Below, piece by piece: positions 53,876-64,000 of a DNA stretch of 64,000 nt (its first letter is position 1; each line of letters starts with the position of its first letter). A model generated the notes under the pieces. The model searched no databases, was not told where the DNA came from, and worked only from the letters and a program-made list of their open reading frames with translations. The stretch is from contig OX597820.1 of the NCBI GenBank assembly GCA_951406725.2, positions 123,442,001 through 123,506,000 on the forward strand, read 5' to 3'. The stretch comes from Octopus vulgaris (lineage: Eukaryota). Both the position numbers and the translations under genes were made by a program.

Positions 53876-55585
53876 TAATAAAAATAGATACAGTTAAGTT
53901 AGCACCAAGTCCATCCTTTCAAGATCGAAATAACTATGAGTTAAGAAATGCTGACCACTAGGTAAAGAAAATTTAGATTAATTCGATTGGCTATTGGTTT
54001 GAAATTTAAATCACAAAAGAAAATTATACGGTTGGTTAGTCAGGGAACGCCAATATTCGCACACGCATCTACAGATCAATCGCACATACACACATAGTTA
54101 TATGTATATACATACACTTATACACATACATAATCACAAGCAACAACTAGCACTTAGATAAACAAAAAGGGAAGCAACTATGCTAACATTTAGTCCTTCA
54201 AAATTATAACTGAGCCTCAATAACAAAAAAAGAACCATCCATGCATTCTATAAAATATTTAATTTAGATATAAATATATTTTTAAATATCAGTATGTTAC
54301 TAATTCAGATAATTATTTCATGGGTAACTTAAAATTTATAACACCGGTTTGTTGCAGAGTAAACATACGGTTGTTAGGTTTATCGTAAGTTTGTTATGAT
54401 TTTAAGTACGCTAAATTATAAAATATAAAATATAAAATATATATTAATTTAAATATTATAAATAAGTCACTTATTAACTTAATAAATATAGTGCCATAAT
54501 ATACCAGTTTAGGCATTAAAGAATAGAAGGGGAAGTATTAATGTAAACGCTTATGAGAACATCACAGAAATTTTAAATAAATTTTATATTATAAAGACTT
54601 AAGATGAAAAGAGATAAAATAAATAAGAAGGAATAAATACGAAGGAATAAATACGGTTATACACATAATTATAAGTACAAACTAGTATATATGTATTCAT
54701 ATATTATTAAAATTAAATAAAAATAAATGATAGATATGTATGTATAAAAATACACCAGTATAAGTAAATAAGTAAAAAATAAATAGGTAACAAATTAGAT
54801 GACTAGATATGTATGTAAACATCTACACTTAAATAGGCAAATAAATAAATAAATAGAAGACTAGATGCAAAGATTGATAATATTACAATAAAATGGAAAA
54901 TAAATAAAAATAAATAAAGTGAATATATATGTTATATTGTTGAAAGTAAATATGTATGGAAGGATAGTTTAAAGTACAGATCCAGAGGACTATAGATATA
55001 AACTAAATATATGAGGCTGGTAATAATTATAAAGCAAAATGCATGTAAATGAGAAAATGAAAAAAATGAAAAAGGTTTATCAGTGAATAGCATAAGATAC
55101 AAATTAAGGTGAGTACAAAAAGACCAAATATATAATAAAAACCTTCCAAATAAACACATACAAAAAACCTATAATCTCAACCTAAACCCACCAAACTCAC
55201 AAAAGGCTCTCATATATTACATATTATACAATATCATTACATTATCCAGAGCTAGGTATCTAACCAAGATATACATATATACTATGCAATATACTATGCA
55301 ATATTGGAAAACTTCAAAAATCACACATTACAAGGCAAATACCAAAATGAATATGTTATTTTATGTCATATTGCATTTCTCTTAAAAAACAAACAAAAAC
55401 CCACATACAAAAACCAAGAAACCAATAATACTAGACACATCCATTAATTATTATACAAATGTAGCTATAAAAAATTATAAAATTATGAAATTTATAAATA
55501 GTATACTTTAGAATTATAGAAGACCACAGGTATATTTAGTTAAAGAAGGGAATTAAAAAATTAATAATAGTGGAAGTGCTAAGTT

Positions 55586-57476
55586 CTATTTGAATCTAGA
55601 AAAGGTGAACGGTAGCCTATGAATACAAAAGAAGTTTTTTTCATTAATGTTGTTAATAATTTGCCGACCCGCTTTAATAATGAAGAAAATTTCATTAATA
55701 CATAGAGAGCATTTTTTATTTTTTCCATTATACACAGGTGCTGAATTTAGTATTTTCCAGTTTAATCTAAAATCTAAGTTCTTACTTTTAAGTTCCCAAA
55801 TGTATGCACTTAGCCCTGTAGAGTACATTCTATTTTTATTCCTAAAAGTATATCTGTGATAATTCCATCTTTGTTTTATGCTATTCATAGTTGCCCCGAT
55901 ATACACCCTACTACTCAATTGTGTATCTACAGTGCATTGGTAAACTACCTCCTTCCTGAGGCATTGATTACCAAATACACATTTATTTTTATTTCTGAAA
56001 TTACAAAGATTAACAGAATGAGGAAATCTAAGATTGGACACCACCCCTATACTACTATTCACATTATAAGTGTTACAATTGTTATCATCATCCAAACCCA
56101 AAATCAACGAATGAGTTAATTTCACATTATCGGCTATATTCCTATCACTAGTACTAGTATTGGTAGTAGTAGTATGATCTATTACATTTATATTATCTCT
56201 GACAGGTCTGGTGCACTCATTATTAGTAAGGAGGTTGTTCCCATTTGTTCCAAGAAAGTTTCTATTCCTATTATTAATGAAGAGGGGCAAGTTTTCCTGG
56301 TCTAAATTCAATTTTCTATCCTTATAGAAGTGATCCAGTTTCTTGTTATTAAAAGAGGAGATAATGGTGGCTAGATTATGAGTAATGCTATATCCCACTC
56401 TAACAGTACCGTTGTTAATTAAAGGACTAAATTTATTCCTATCCTTACCAAAATGCCTAAAAATAACATTATGCAAAGCTCTCACTATGTTTGTTTTAAT
56501 CTGCATTGCATACGGGATAATCAACCAAAGAGTATCCCTATCAGAATTAGGATTGCCTATAGAATTAATGTTATTTGTAAAAATCCTATTCGTAGACCAA
56601 CTCATAGGATTACTATTCTTACCACTGTCATTGTTATATTTATCTATATCAATATTACCATGGTTATTGCGCAAGTAAACTTTACCATTATCATGTCTAC
56701 CATAAGTTTTAATTCGTATATTATTATTAATATTACTACTATTACCCGTATGTTTAGATCTATTTGAGCTACCGTTCACCTTTCCAAGGTTAACGTCACT
56801 TCTACATTTATTATAGGTGTTATCATATATTCTATTTTTACTATTCTTATGTATATTGTTGATTATCCTAAATCTATTTGTGTTGTTCCTGATAGTTCTA
56901 CCTCCATTAGGGGGTTCCCCTTAGGTATAAACCAAATCTTACTTTTATATCCTGCCTTAAGCAATGCTGCATTGTATCTATCACAGTGTTTGTTAAAAAT
57001 TTCCTCGTTTGAGGATAAACTAGAAATTCTCTGACTAATGCTACGCACTAGTGCATTTTTAATTTGAGGGGGGTGATTACTAGAACGGTTAATGTATATT
57101 AGGTTAGAATTAGGTTTAATATAGGGTTCATGTAAACCATTAGTAATGTTACAATTAACATCTAAATAATTAGCAGAATAATTTTCACTTTCAATGATAA
57201 TGGATAGGCCGAAGCTTTTAAAAAATTTATTTATTCTTTTTTTCAGAAGATCTAATCTCCTATTTGATGTATTCCTAACACAAAATAAGGCGTCATCCCT
57301 GTATAATCCACCTTTTAATTCAGGGAATTCCCTACTAAAGTTATCTAATAGATACATCCCAACTAGATCAGTCACCTCCGCTGAGTCCGGCGATCCCATT
57401 GTGATATCGAACAAGTTGGGTGTGTCCTTTCTAGCCCAAAGTTTATTATCAAACTCTATTAAAGTTTTCCTGGCTG
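55586..57476 (-). CDS. PLE polyprotein C-terminal part (RT + Asn-rich linker + GIY-YIG) with one frameshift near 56910
   Basis: ORF-track 56863..57414 and 55586..56779; the frameshift is at a C5 run that is C6 in copy B. Confidence 0.85.
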
Positions 57477-57753
57477 ACCCACCATCCGCAATAAAATCAA
57501 ACTAAACCTTTGGAAGAATACTCAGGGTGCTTTGGATTGGTTTTCTGCCATTAAGGTCTGTGACAGTAACAACTTTAGCTATAATAGAAATAAATTTATA
57601 CAATTCGATATACAGAATTATTACACTTCCATTAACCCTATTATATTAAATAAGTCCTTAATTTTTGCTAGAAAACACACTAAATTAAGTATGGGGGAGA
57701 TTAAGGTTATACTAACAGCCAGGAAAACTTTAATAGAGTTTGATAATAAACTT
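57477..57753 (+). mobile_element. Inverted RT segment of copy A
   Basis: PTIRNKIKLNLWKNTQGALDWF...FIQFDIQNYYTSI...TARKTLIEFDNKL; the last 38 bp are the reverse complement of 57439-57476. Confidence 0.9.
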
Positions 57754-59671
57754 CTTTTGTATTCATAGGCTACCGTTCACCTTTTCTAGATTCAAATAGA
57801 ACTTAGCACTTCCACTATTATTAATTTTTTAATTCCCTTCTTTAACTAAATATACCTGTGGTCTTCTATAATTCTAAAGTATACTATTTATAAATTTCAT
57901 AATTTTATAATTTTTTATAGCTACATTTGTATAATAATTAATGGATGTGTCTAGTATTATTGGTTTCTTGGTTTTTGTATGTGGGTTTTTGTTTGTTTTT
58001 TAAGAGAAATGCAATATGACATAAAATAACATATTCATTTTGGTATTTGCCTTGTAATGTGTGATTTTTGAAGTTTTCCAATATTGCATAGTATATTGCA
58101 TAGTATATATGTATATCTTGGTTAGATACCTAGCTCTGGATAATGTAATGATATTGTATAATATGTAATATATGAGAGCCTTTTGTGAGTTTGGTGGGTT
58201 TAGGTTGAGATTATAGGTTTTTTGTATGTGTTTATTTGGAAGGTTTTTATTATATATTTGGTCTTTTTGTACTCACCTTAATTTGTATCTTATGCTATTC
58301 ACTGATAAACCTTTTTCATTTTTTTCATTTTCTCATTTACATGCATTTTGCTTTATAATTATTACCAGCCTCATATATTTAGTTTATATCTATAGTCCTC
58401 TGGATCTGTACTTTAAACTATCCTTCCATACATATTTACTTTCAACAATATAACATATATATTCACTTTATTTATTTTTATTTATTTTCCATTTTATTGT
58501 AATATTATCAATCTTTGCATCTAGTCTTCTATTTATTTATTTATTTGCCTATTTAAGTGTAGATGTTTACATACATATCTAGTCATCTAATTTGTTACCT
58601 ATTTATTTTTTACTTATTTACTTATACTGGTGTATTTTTATACATACATATCTATCATTTATTTTTATTTAATTTTAATAATATATGAATACATATATAC
58701 TAGTTTGTACTTATAATTATGTGTATAACCGTATTTATTCCTTCGTATTTATTCCTTCTTATTTATTTTATCTCTTTTCATCTTAAGTCTTTATAATATA
58801 AAATTTATTTAAAATTTCTGTGATGTTCTCATAAGCGTTTACATTAATACTTCCCCTTCTATTCTTTAATGCCTAAACTGGTATATTATGGCACTATATT
58901 TATTAAGTTAATAAGTGACTTATTTATAATATTTAAATTAATATATATTTTATATTTTATATTTTATAATTTAGCGTACTTAAAATCATAACAAACTTAC
59001 GATAAACCTAACAACCGTATGTTTACTCTGCAACAAACCGGTGTTATAAATTTTAAGTTACCCATGAAATAATTATCTGAATTAGTAACATACTGATATT
59101 TAAAAATATATTTATATCTAAATTAAATATTTTATAGAATGCATGGATGGTTCTTTTTTTGTTATTGAGGCTCAGTTATAATTTTGAAGGACTAAATGTT
59201 AGCATAGTTGCTTCCCTTTTTGTTTATCTAAGTGCTAGTTGTTGCTTGTGATTATGTATGTGTATAAGTTTTTATATTTTACATTTTTATATTTTTATAT
59301 TTTTATATTTATATGTATATGATTATATAATATTTTTCACTATTATAACAAATTTAATTTAATTCTCTGAAGAGGCCGTGGGGCATCCTTGTTAATGCCT
59401 CATTTATACCTGCCTTTATGGCTTATAGGTTAAATGAGGTATGACTGTCCTCACTGCCGAAACAGCTGTCAGTTTTGATTTATTTGCATATTATATTTGA
59501 AATTTTTTACTTATATCTCTTTATCTTTTTACTATTACTTTATATCTCATTTCATTTTATATATTGCCTTTACTCATATGTAATGGTGTATTAAAGTATG
59601 GATTGAGTATCATCTGATAGTTGATGTTTTACTGATTTAAGTATGTTTCTCCATTCTCTAATTTTGTAGTA
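57748..59671 (+). repeat. Pseudo-LTR: inverted duplicate of the copy A ORF end and 3' UTR, with an internal deletion
   Basis: Appears essentially identical to the reverse complement of 54116-55638 and 53161-53563; the same spurious 75-aa ORF occurs at 54932-55159 and 58226-58453. Confidence 0.93.
59365..59472 (+). ncRNA. Type I hammerhead with ~85-nt stem II (pseudo-LTR copy)
   Basis: ct-CTGAAGA-ggccgtgggg...tgcctcattta/taaatgaggta...cctcactgcc-GAAA-CAGCTG-TC-ag. Confidence 0.82.
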
Positions 59672-59900
59672 TTAATTTACGGTAATATTATTACCTTTAC
59701 CCATTTAATACAATAGATGAACTGATTGCTTGACAATTTTTAACATCTATGTATTAATTTTGTTGGGTACCTATCTAGCAGTATATTGGATATATATTAT
59801 CCCATGGTGGGTTGAATTTTCAACCCCTATCTCATTTTATAACCTAAATTTATCTTTTGAGGAACCTGAATTGCTCATATTGGTGTAATATAAGATCCAT

Positions 59901-61975
59901 ATGATTAGATGGAGGATTTTCCACCATGAGAACTATAACAAAAAAATAAACCAACAACACACTGGGGAAACTATCCGTAATGGAACTGGGAGTACCTACG
60001 AAGAAATAATAAAATTAACAGGCACTACATTTAAATCTAGGAAGTCTCCTCCACCAAATACACATCTAGATAACTTTGAACAAGAACTATGGGAGACTAT
60101 AAAAAACATAAAATTTAGAAATCCCATCCATTGAGGTACAACCAGCACCGAAGGGAATTAAAAGAATTAATAAGAACTCTCAAGAGTAAGAACGGCATTC
60201 TAACACATTCTGACAAAACCAGCAACATCTATAACATTGACATTCCTACATATCATGATCTACTACACAAAGAAATCACTAAGAAATACAAAATTGTACA
60301 TTTTAGCACGCTTAGAAAACTGAACCTTGAAATCTGAGAAATAATGTTGGACTACTACCTAGAAGAAAAACGGAACCGTACACCCCAACCAGACTGAGAA
60401 TTACACTAAAGGACCATAAAGAGAACTTTCTTGGAAATACACAGGTCAGATTGATTTGCCCTACCAAGTCTGACTTAGGCAGACTGAGCAAACTCATTCT
60501 CGATAAATATCTACCTACTATTCGCAGTAAAATTAAACTTAGCCTTTGGAAGAATACTCAAGGTGCTTTGGATTGGTTTTCTGCCATGAAGGTCTGTGAC
60601 AACAGCAACAACAGCAATAATAGAAGTAAATTCATCCAATTTGATATACAAAACTATTACACTTCCATTAACCCTATTATATTAAATAAGGCTTTAATTT
60701 TTGCTAGAAAATACACTAAATTAAGTATGGGTGAGATTAAGGTTATCTTAACAGCTAGGAAAACTTTAATAGAGTTTGACAATAAACTTTGGGCTAGAAA
60801 GGACACACCCAATTTGTTCGACATCACCATGGGATCGCCGGACTCAGCGGAAGTGACTGATCTAGTAGGAATGTATCTATTGGACAACATTAGTAGGGAA
60901 TTCCCTGAATTAAAAGGAGGATTATATAGGGATGATGCTTTATTTTGTGTAAGGAATACATCTAATAGGAGATTAGATCTTCTGAAAAAAAGAATAAATA
61001 AATTTTTAAAAAGTTTCGGCCTATCCATTATCATTGAGAGTGAAAACTATTCTGCTAATTATTTGGATGTCAATTGTAACATTACTAATGGGATGCATGA
61101 ACCTTATATTAAACCCAATTCTAACCTAATATATATAAAACCGTTCTAGCAATCACCCCCTCAAATTAAAAGTGCACTAGTGCGTAGCATTAGTCAGAGA
61201 ATTTCTTGTTTATCCTCAAATGAGGACATTTTTAATAAGCATTGTGATAGATACAATGTAGCATTGCTAAAAGCAGGCTACAAAAGTAAAATATGGTATA
61301 TACCTAAGGGGAACCCCCCTAATGGAGGTAGAACTATCAGGAACAACACAAATAGATTTAGGATAATCAACAATATACATAAGAATAGTAAAAATAGAAT
61401 ATATGATAACACCTATAATAAATGTGGAAGTGACGTTAACCTTGGAATGGTGGACGGTAGCTTAAATAGATCTGCTCAAACAGGTAATGGTAGTAATATT
61501 AATAATATACATATCAAAACTTATAGTAGATATGATAATAGTAAAGTTTACTTGCGTAATAATTATGGGAATATTGATATAGATAGACATAACAATAACA
61601 ATGGTAAGGATAGTAAACATATGGGTTGGTCTAGGAATAAGGTTTTTACTAAAAAAAACAATAATTTGATAGGCAACCCTAATACTGATATGGATACACT
61701 GTGGCTTATTATCCCATATGCAATGCAGATAAAAACAGACATAGTTAGAGCATTGCATAATGTAATATTTAGACACTTTGGTAAGGATAGGAATAAATTT
61801 AGTCATTTAATTAACAATGGTACTATTAGAATAGGATATAGCATTACTCATAATCTAGCCACCATCATCTCCTCTTTTAATAACAGGAAACTTGATTACT
61901 TCTATAAAGATAGAAAGTCAAATTTAGATAATAGAAATTTACCTTTTTACCTCTCTTTAATAATAGGATAACCTC
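59901..61975 (+). CDS. PLE copy B polyprotein (N-terminus + RT + linker), frameshifted, runs into a gap
   Basis: IRWRIFH...IKNIKFR; SDKTSNIY; ITLKDHKENF...RLICPTKSDLGRLSK; FDIQNYYTSI; MGS; YRDD; YLDV. Confidence 0.88.
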
Positions 61976-62075
61976 NNNNNNNNNNNNNNNNNNNNNNNNN
62001 NNNNNNNNNNNNNNNNNNNNNNNNNNNNNNNNNNNNNNNNNNNNNNNNNNNNNNNNNNNNNNNNNNNNNNNNNNN
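61976..62075. other. Assembly gap (100 N)
   Basis: Run of n. Confidence 1.
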
Positions 62076-62136
62076 TGCTGTTGCATAAATACATTGAAAA
62101 AACAAGACTACGTATAATTTTTGACTCTCCCTCGTA
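62076..62136. mobile_element. Mariner-like terminal inverted repeat end
   Basis: Minus strand TACGAGGGAGAGTCAAAAATTATACG at (TA)n, resembling a mariner TA-CGAGGG terminus. Confidence 0.55.
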
Positions 62137-62254
62137 TATATATATAGTTCGGTGGGGAATGTATGCGTTCAATGTATAACTTTGCAACATCGGCCGATAG
62201 AATGCTCGCAGGATGGTTTTCTGAAAATACATACATAGATACATGCACACACGC

Positions 62255-62306
<52 letters not shown>

Positions 62307-62307
62307 A

Positions 62308-62403
<96 letters not shown>

Positions 62404-64000
62404 CTGAGGCTTCTAACTAATGATTTTATCAATTACCTCCCAACATTGATAAGTAATGATGTATATGCGGTGTCGGTAATGCCTCGCAGAGTTCTTCACT
62501 TATGGCTTCAAAGAAATAGAAGGCAGCGGTCGAAGAAGCCACAATATATAATCTCTTTGAAAGTGCTGATGTCAGAGCTTTCCAGAAAGAATCTATTGAC
62601 GAAAGACTTTGACCATTTACACTTTCGTTTCTCTTTTCTGCCGTGGGGGATACTGCAACAATTTGTAACTATTTATAAAATAGCAAAGATTAGAAACATA
62701 CGAGAATGCAGCATTTGATCAACGTTCGGCATCAGTGGCTACTCTAGAAGTAGCCTGGTTGATTGCTCAAAGAAAATTGCCGCATACTATTTGAAAAGAA
62801 TCGGTGAAAACAGAAACTAGGAAATGTTCGACTTACAACAGAATTTAGAGTCTTTCTGTGCAAGAGGTGATCGAACGAATTTTTATTTTAGTAAATATTG
62901 TGAGTGAAGAGTTTGAAAAAGGAATATTTTGTTTCTCCCATAAATTGAGATTTTGTGGAATTAATAGGCTTAAGATTGATGCGTATTTCTAACCTCCAAT
63001 ACCTGATTAAAGTTGGTAAACTGTATTACTGTATGTGTTAAGTGATATTTAGTAACTATGGCAGAATAACAGAACCATGAAAATGCCATAGAAAGGATAA
63101 AGAGAATGAAAATCTCCTAAGGCTTGGATACTGGTAACTAATTGCCCGACGAGGTATTGAACTGTGATGAATTCACTGGAACTCCTCTAAACAAATCTCT
63201 TGTAATATTGACAATAGAATATTCCTTCTATATTCAGTACCGTACTACTGCAACATAAACAGATATCATAGGATATATACCAAAGATTGGTAATCATCAG
63301 ATTAATATGAAGTAAATCATCAATAGAGCTCTCTAGCCCACACATTCCTCTATTATGTTACTTCAATAAGCTTTGTTACTTGAAGTGAGTAGGTTACTAC
63401 CATGTCTAGCCAAGCCTGTCCATTACATTAATCACTCCTCCGCTTTGCTGTGTTTTCTCCCTATTACGCGGCTCTAATCTCTACTCACAGTCCTTCCTGG
63501 CATTCCTTCATCGAACGTGTTTTTCCTACAACAGTTGTTAATGGTCTCAGAAAGCCGGCTTCTTGGATACAGCTTCCTTATTACAAAACCATTAAAAGAA
63601 GGTTGGGAAAAAGTAGCAATGGATTTGTTTTGTTCATTTTATTTTAGCTCATAATAAACAAATGAGTAAATTATTTTTGACTGGGCACAATGCATGATGA
63701 TTTCGCAATAGAAGAAATTATGTGTTGTAGTTTTAATAAGTTTCTCTATAATATTAACGGTGAAGAATGAATTATTCCGAGGACTGAAACAGTGTTTTGG
63801 CTTGGCTTGCTGAGAACTTCTTTTACTATGGAAACGAATTATGAATGTGAACAGATGCAGAACGAGAAAAGAAATGTCACAGACATTAATAATATTATTG
63901 TATTTGTTGTCTTATTTCAAAATACATTTCTTTCTTTAGTTCTGCTTTTTAGAAATTCAATTGTAATTAATATTTTTTTCCATCATTTCTCTTAGCTGAT

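Larger units (their letters stand above)
53161..57476 (-). mobile_element. Penelope-like element copy A (5'-truncated; RT, GIY-YIG, ~2.4-kb 3' UTR), Naiad-like by inference
   Basis: LFDITMGSPDSAEVTDLVG...GLYRDD...NYLDV...YIKPN...SNHPP; VVYQC...VYIGAT...CSLC..E; 3' end abuts (TA)n. Confidence 0.93.

Noticed and set aside
58147-58177. ATGA-tattgtat-aat-atgtaata-ta-TGAG possible SECIS
   Set aside because: Stem too short and GA quartet out of register; AT-rich chance pairing

Overview
AT-rich, microsatellite-saturated animal genomic DNA. The repeat landscape resembles a coleoid cephalopod such as Octopus, which is an inference and was not checked against a database. I found no supportable host exon, and most ORF-track entries are translated microsatellites. 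The window is a mosaic of mobile DNA: at least four tRNA-derived SINE families (some with clear TSDs), two R4/Dong-like RLE non-LTR fragments, mariner relics, several foldback/MITE-like hairpins, and many Penelope-like element (PLE) pieces with a YRDD-type RT and C-terminal GIY-YIG. The PLEs include a large inverted/tandem composite at 53161-61975. The most striking signal is about ten type-I hammerhead-ribozyme (HHR) motifs of clearly different sequence families. They include CCGA-core variants, very long stem II variants and head-to-head palindromic pairs, and most lie 40-200 nt upstream of a (TA)n-type microsatellite. This suggests a diverse set of ribozyme-bearing, microsatellite-targeting PLE 3' ends or non-autonomous mini-elements.
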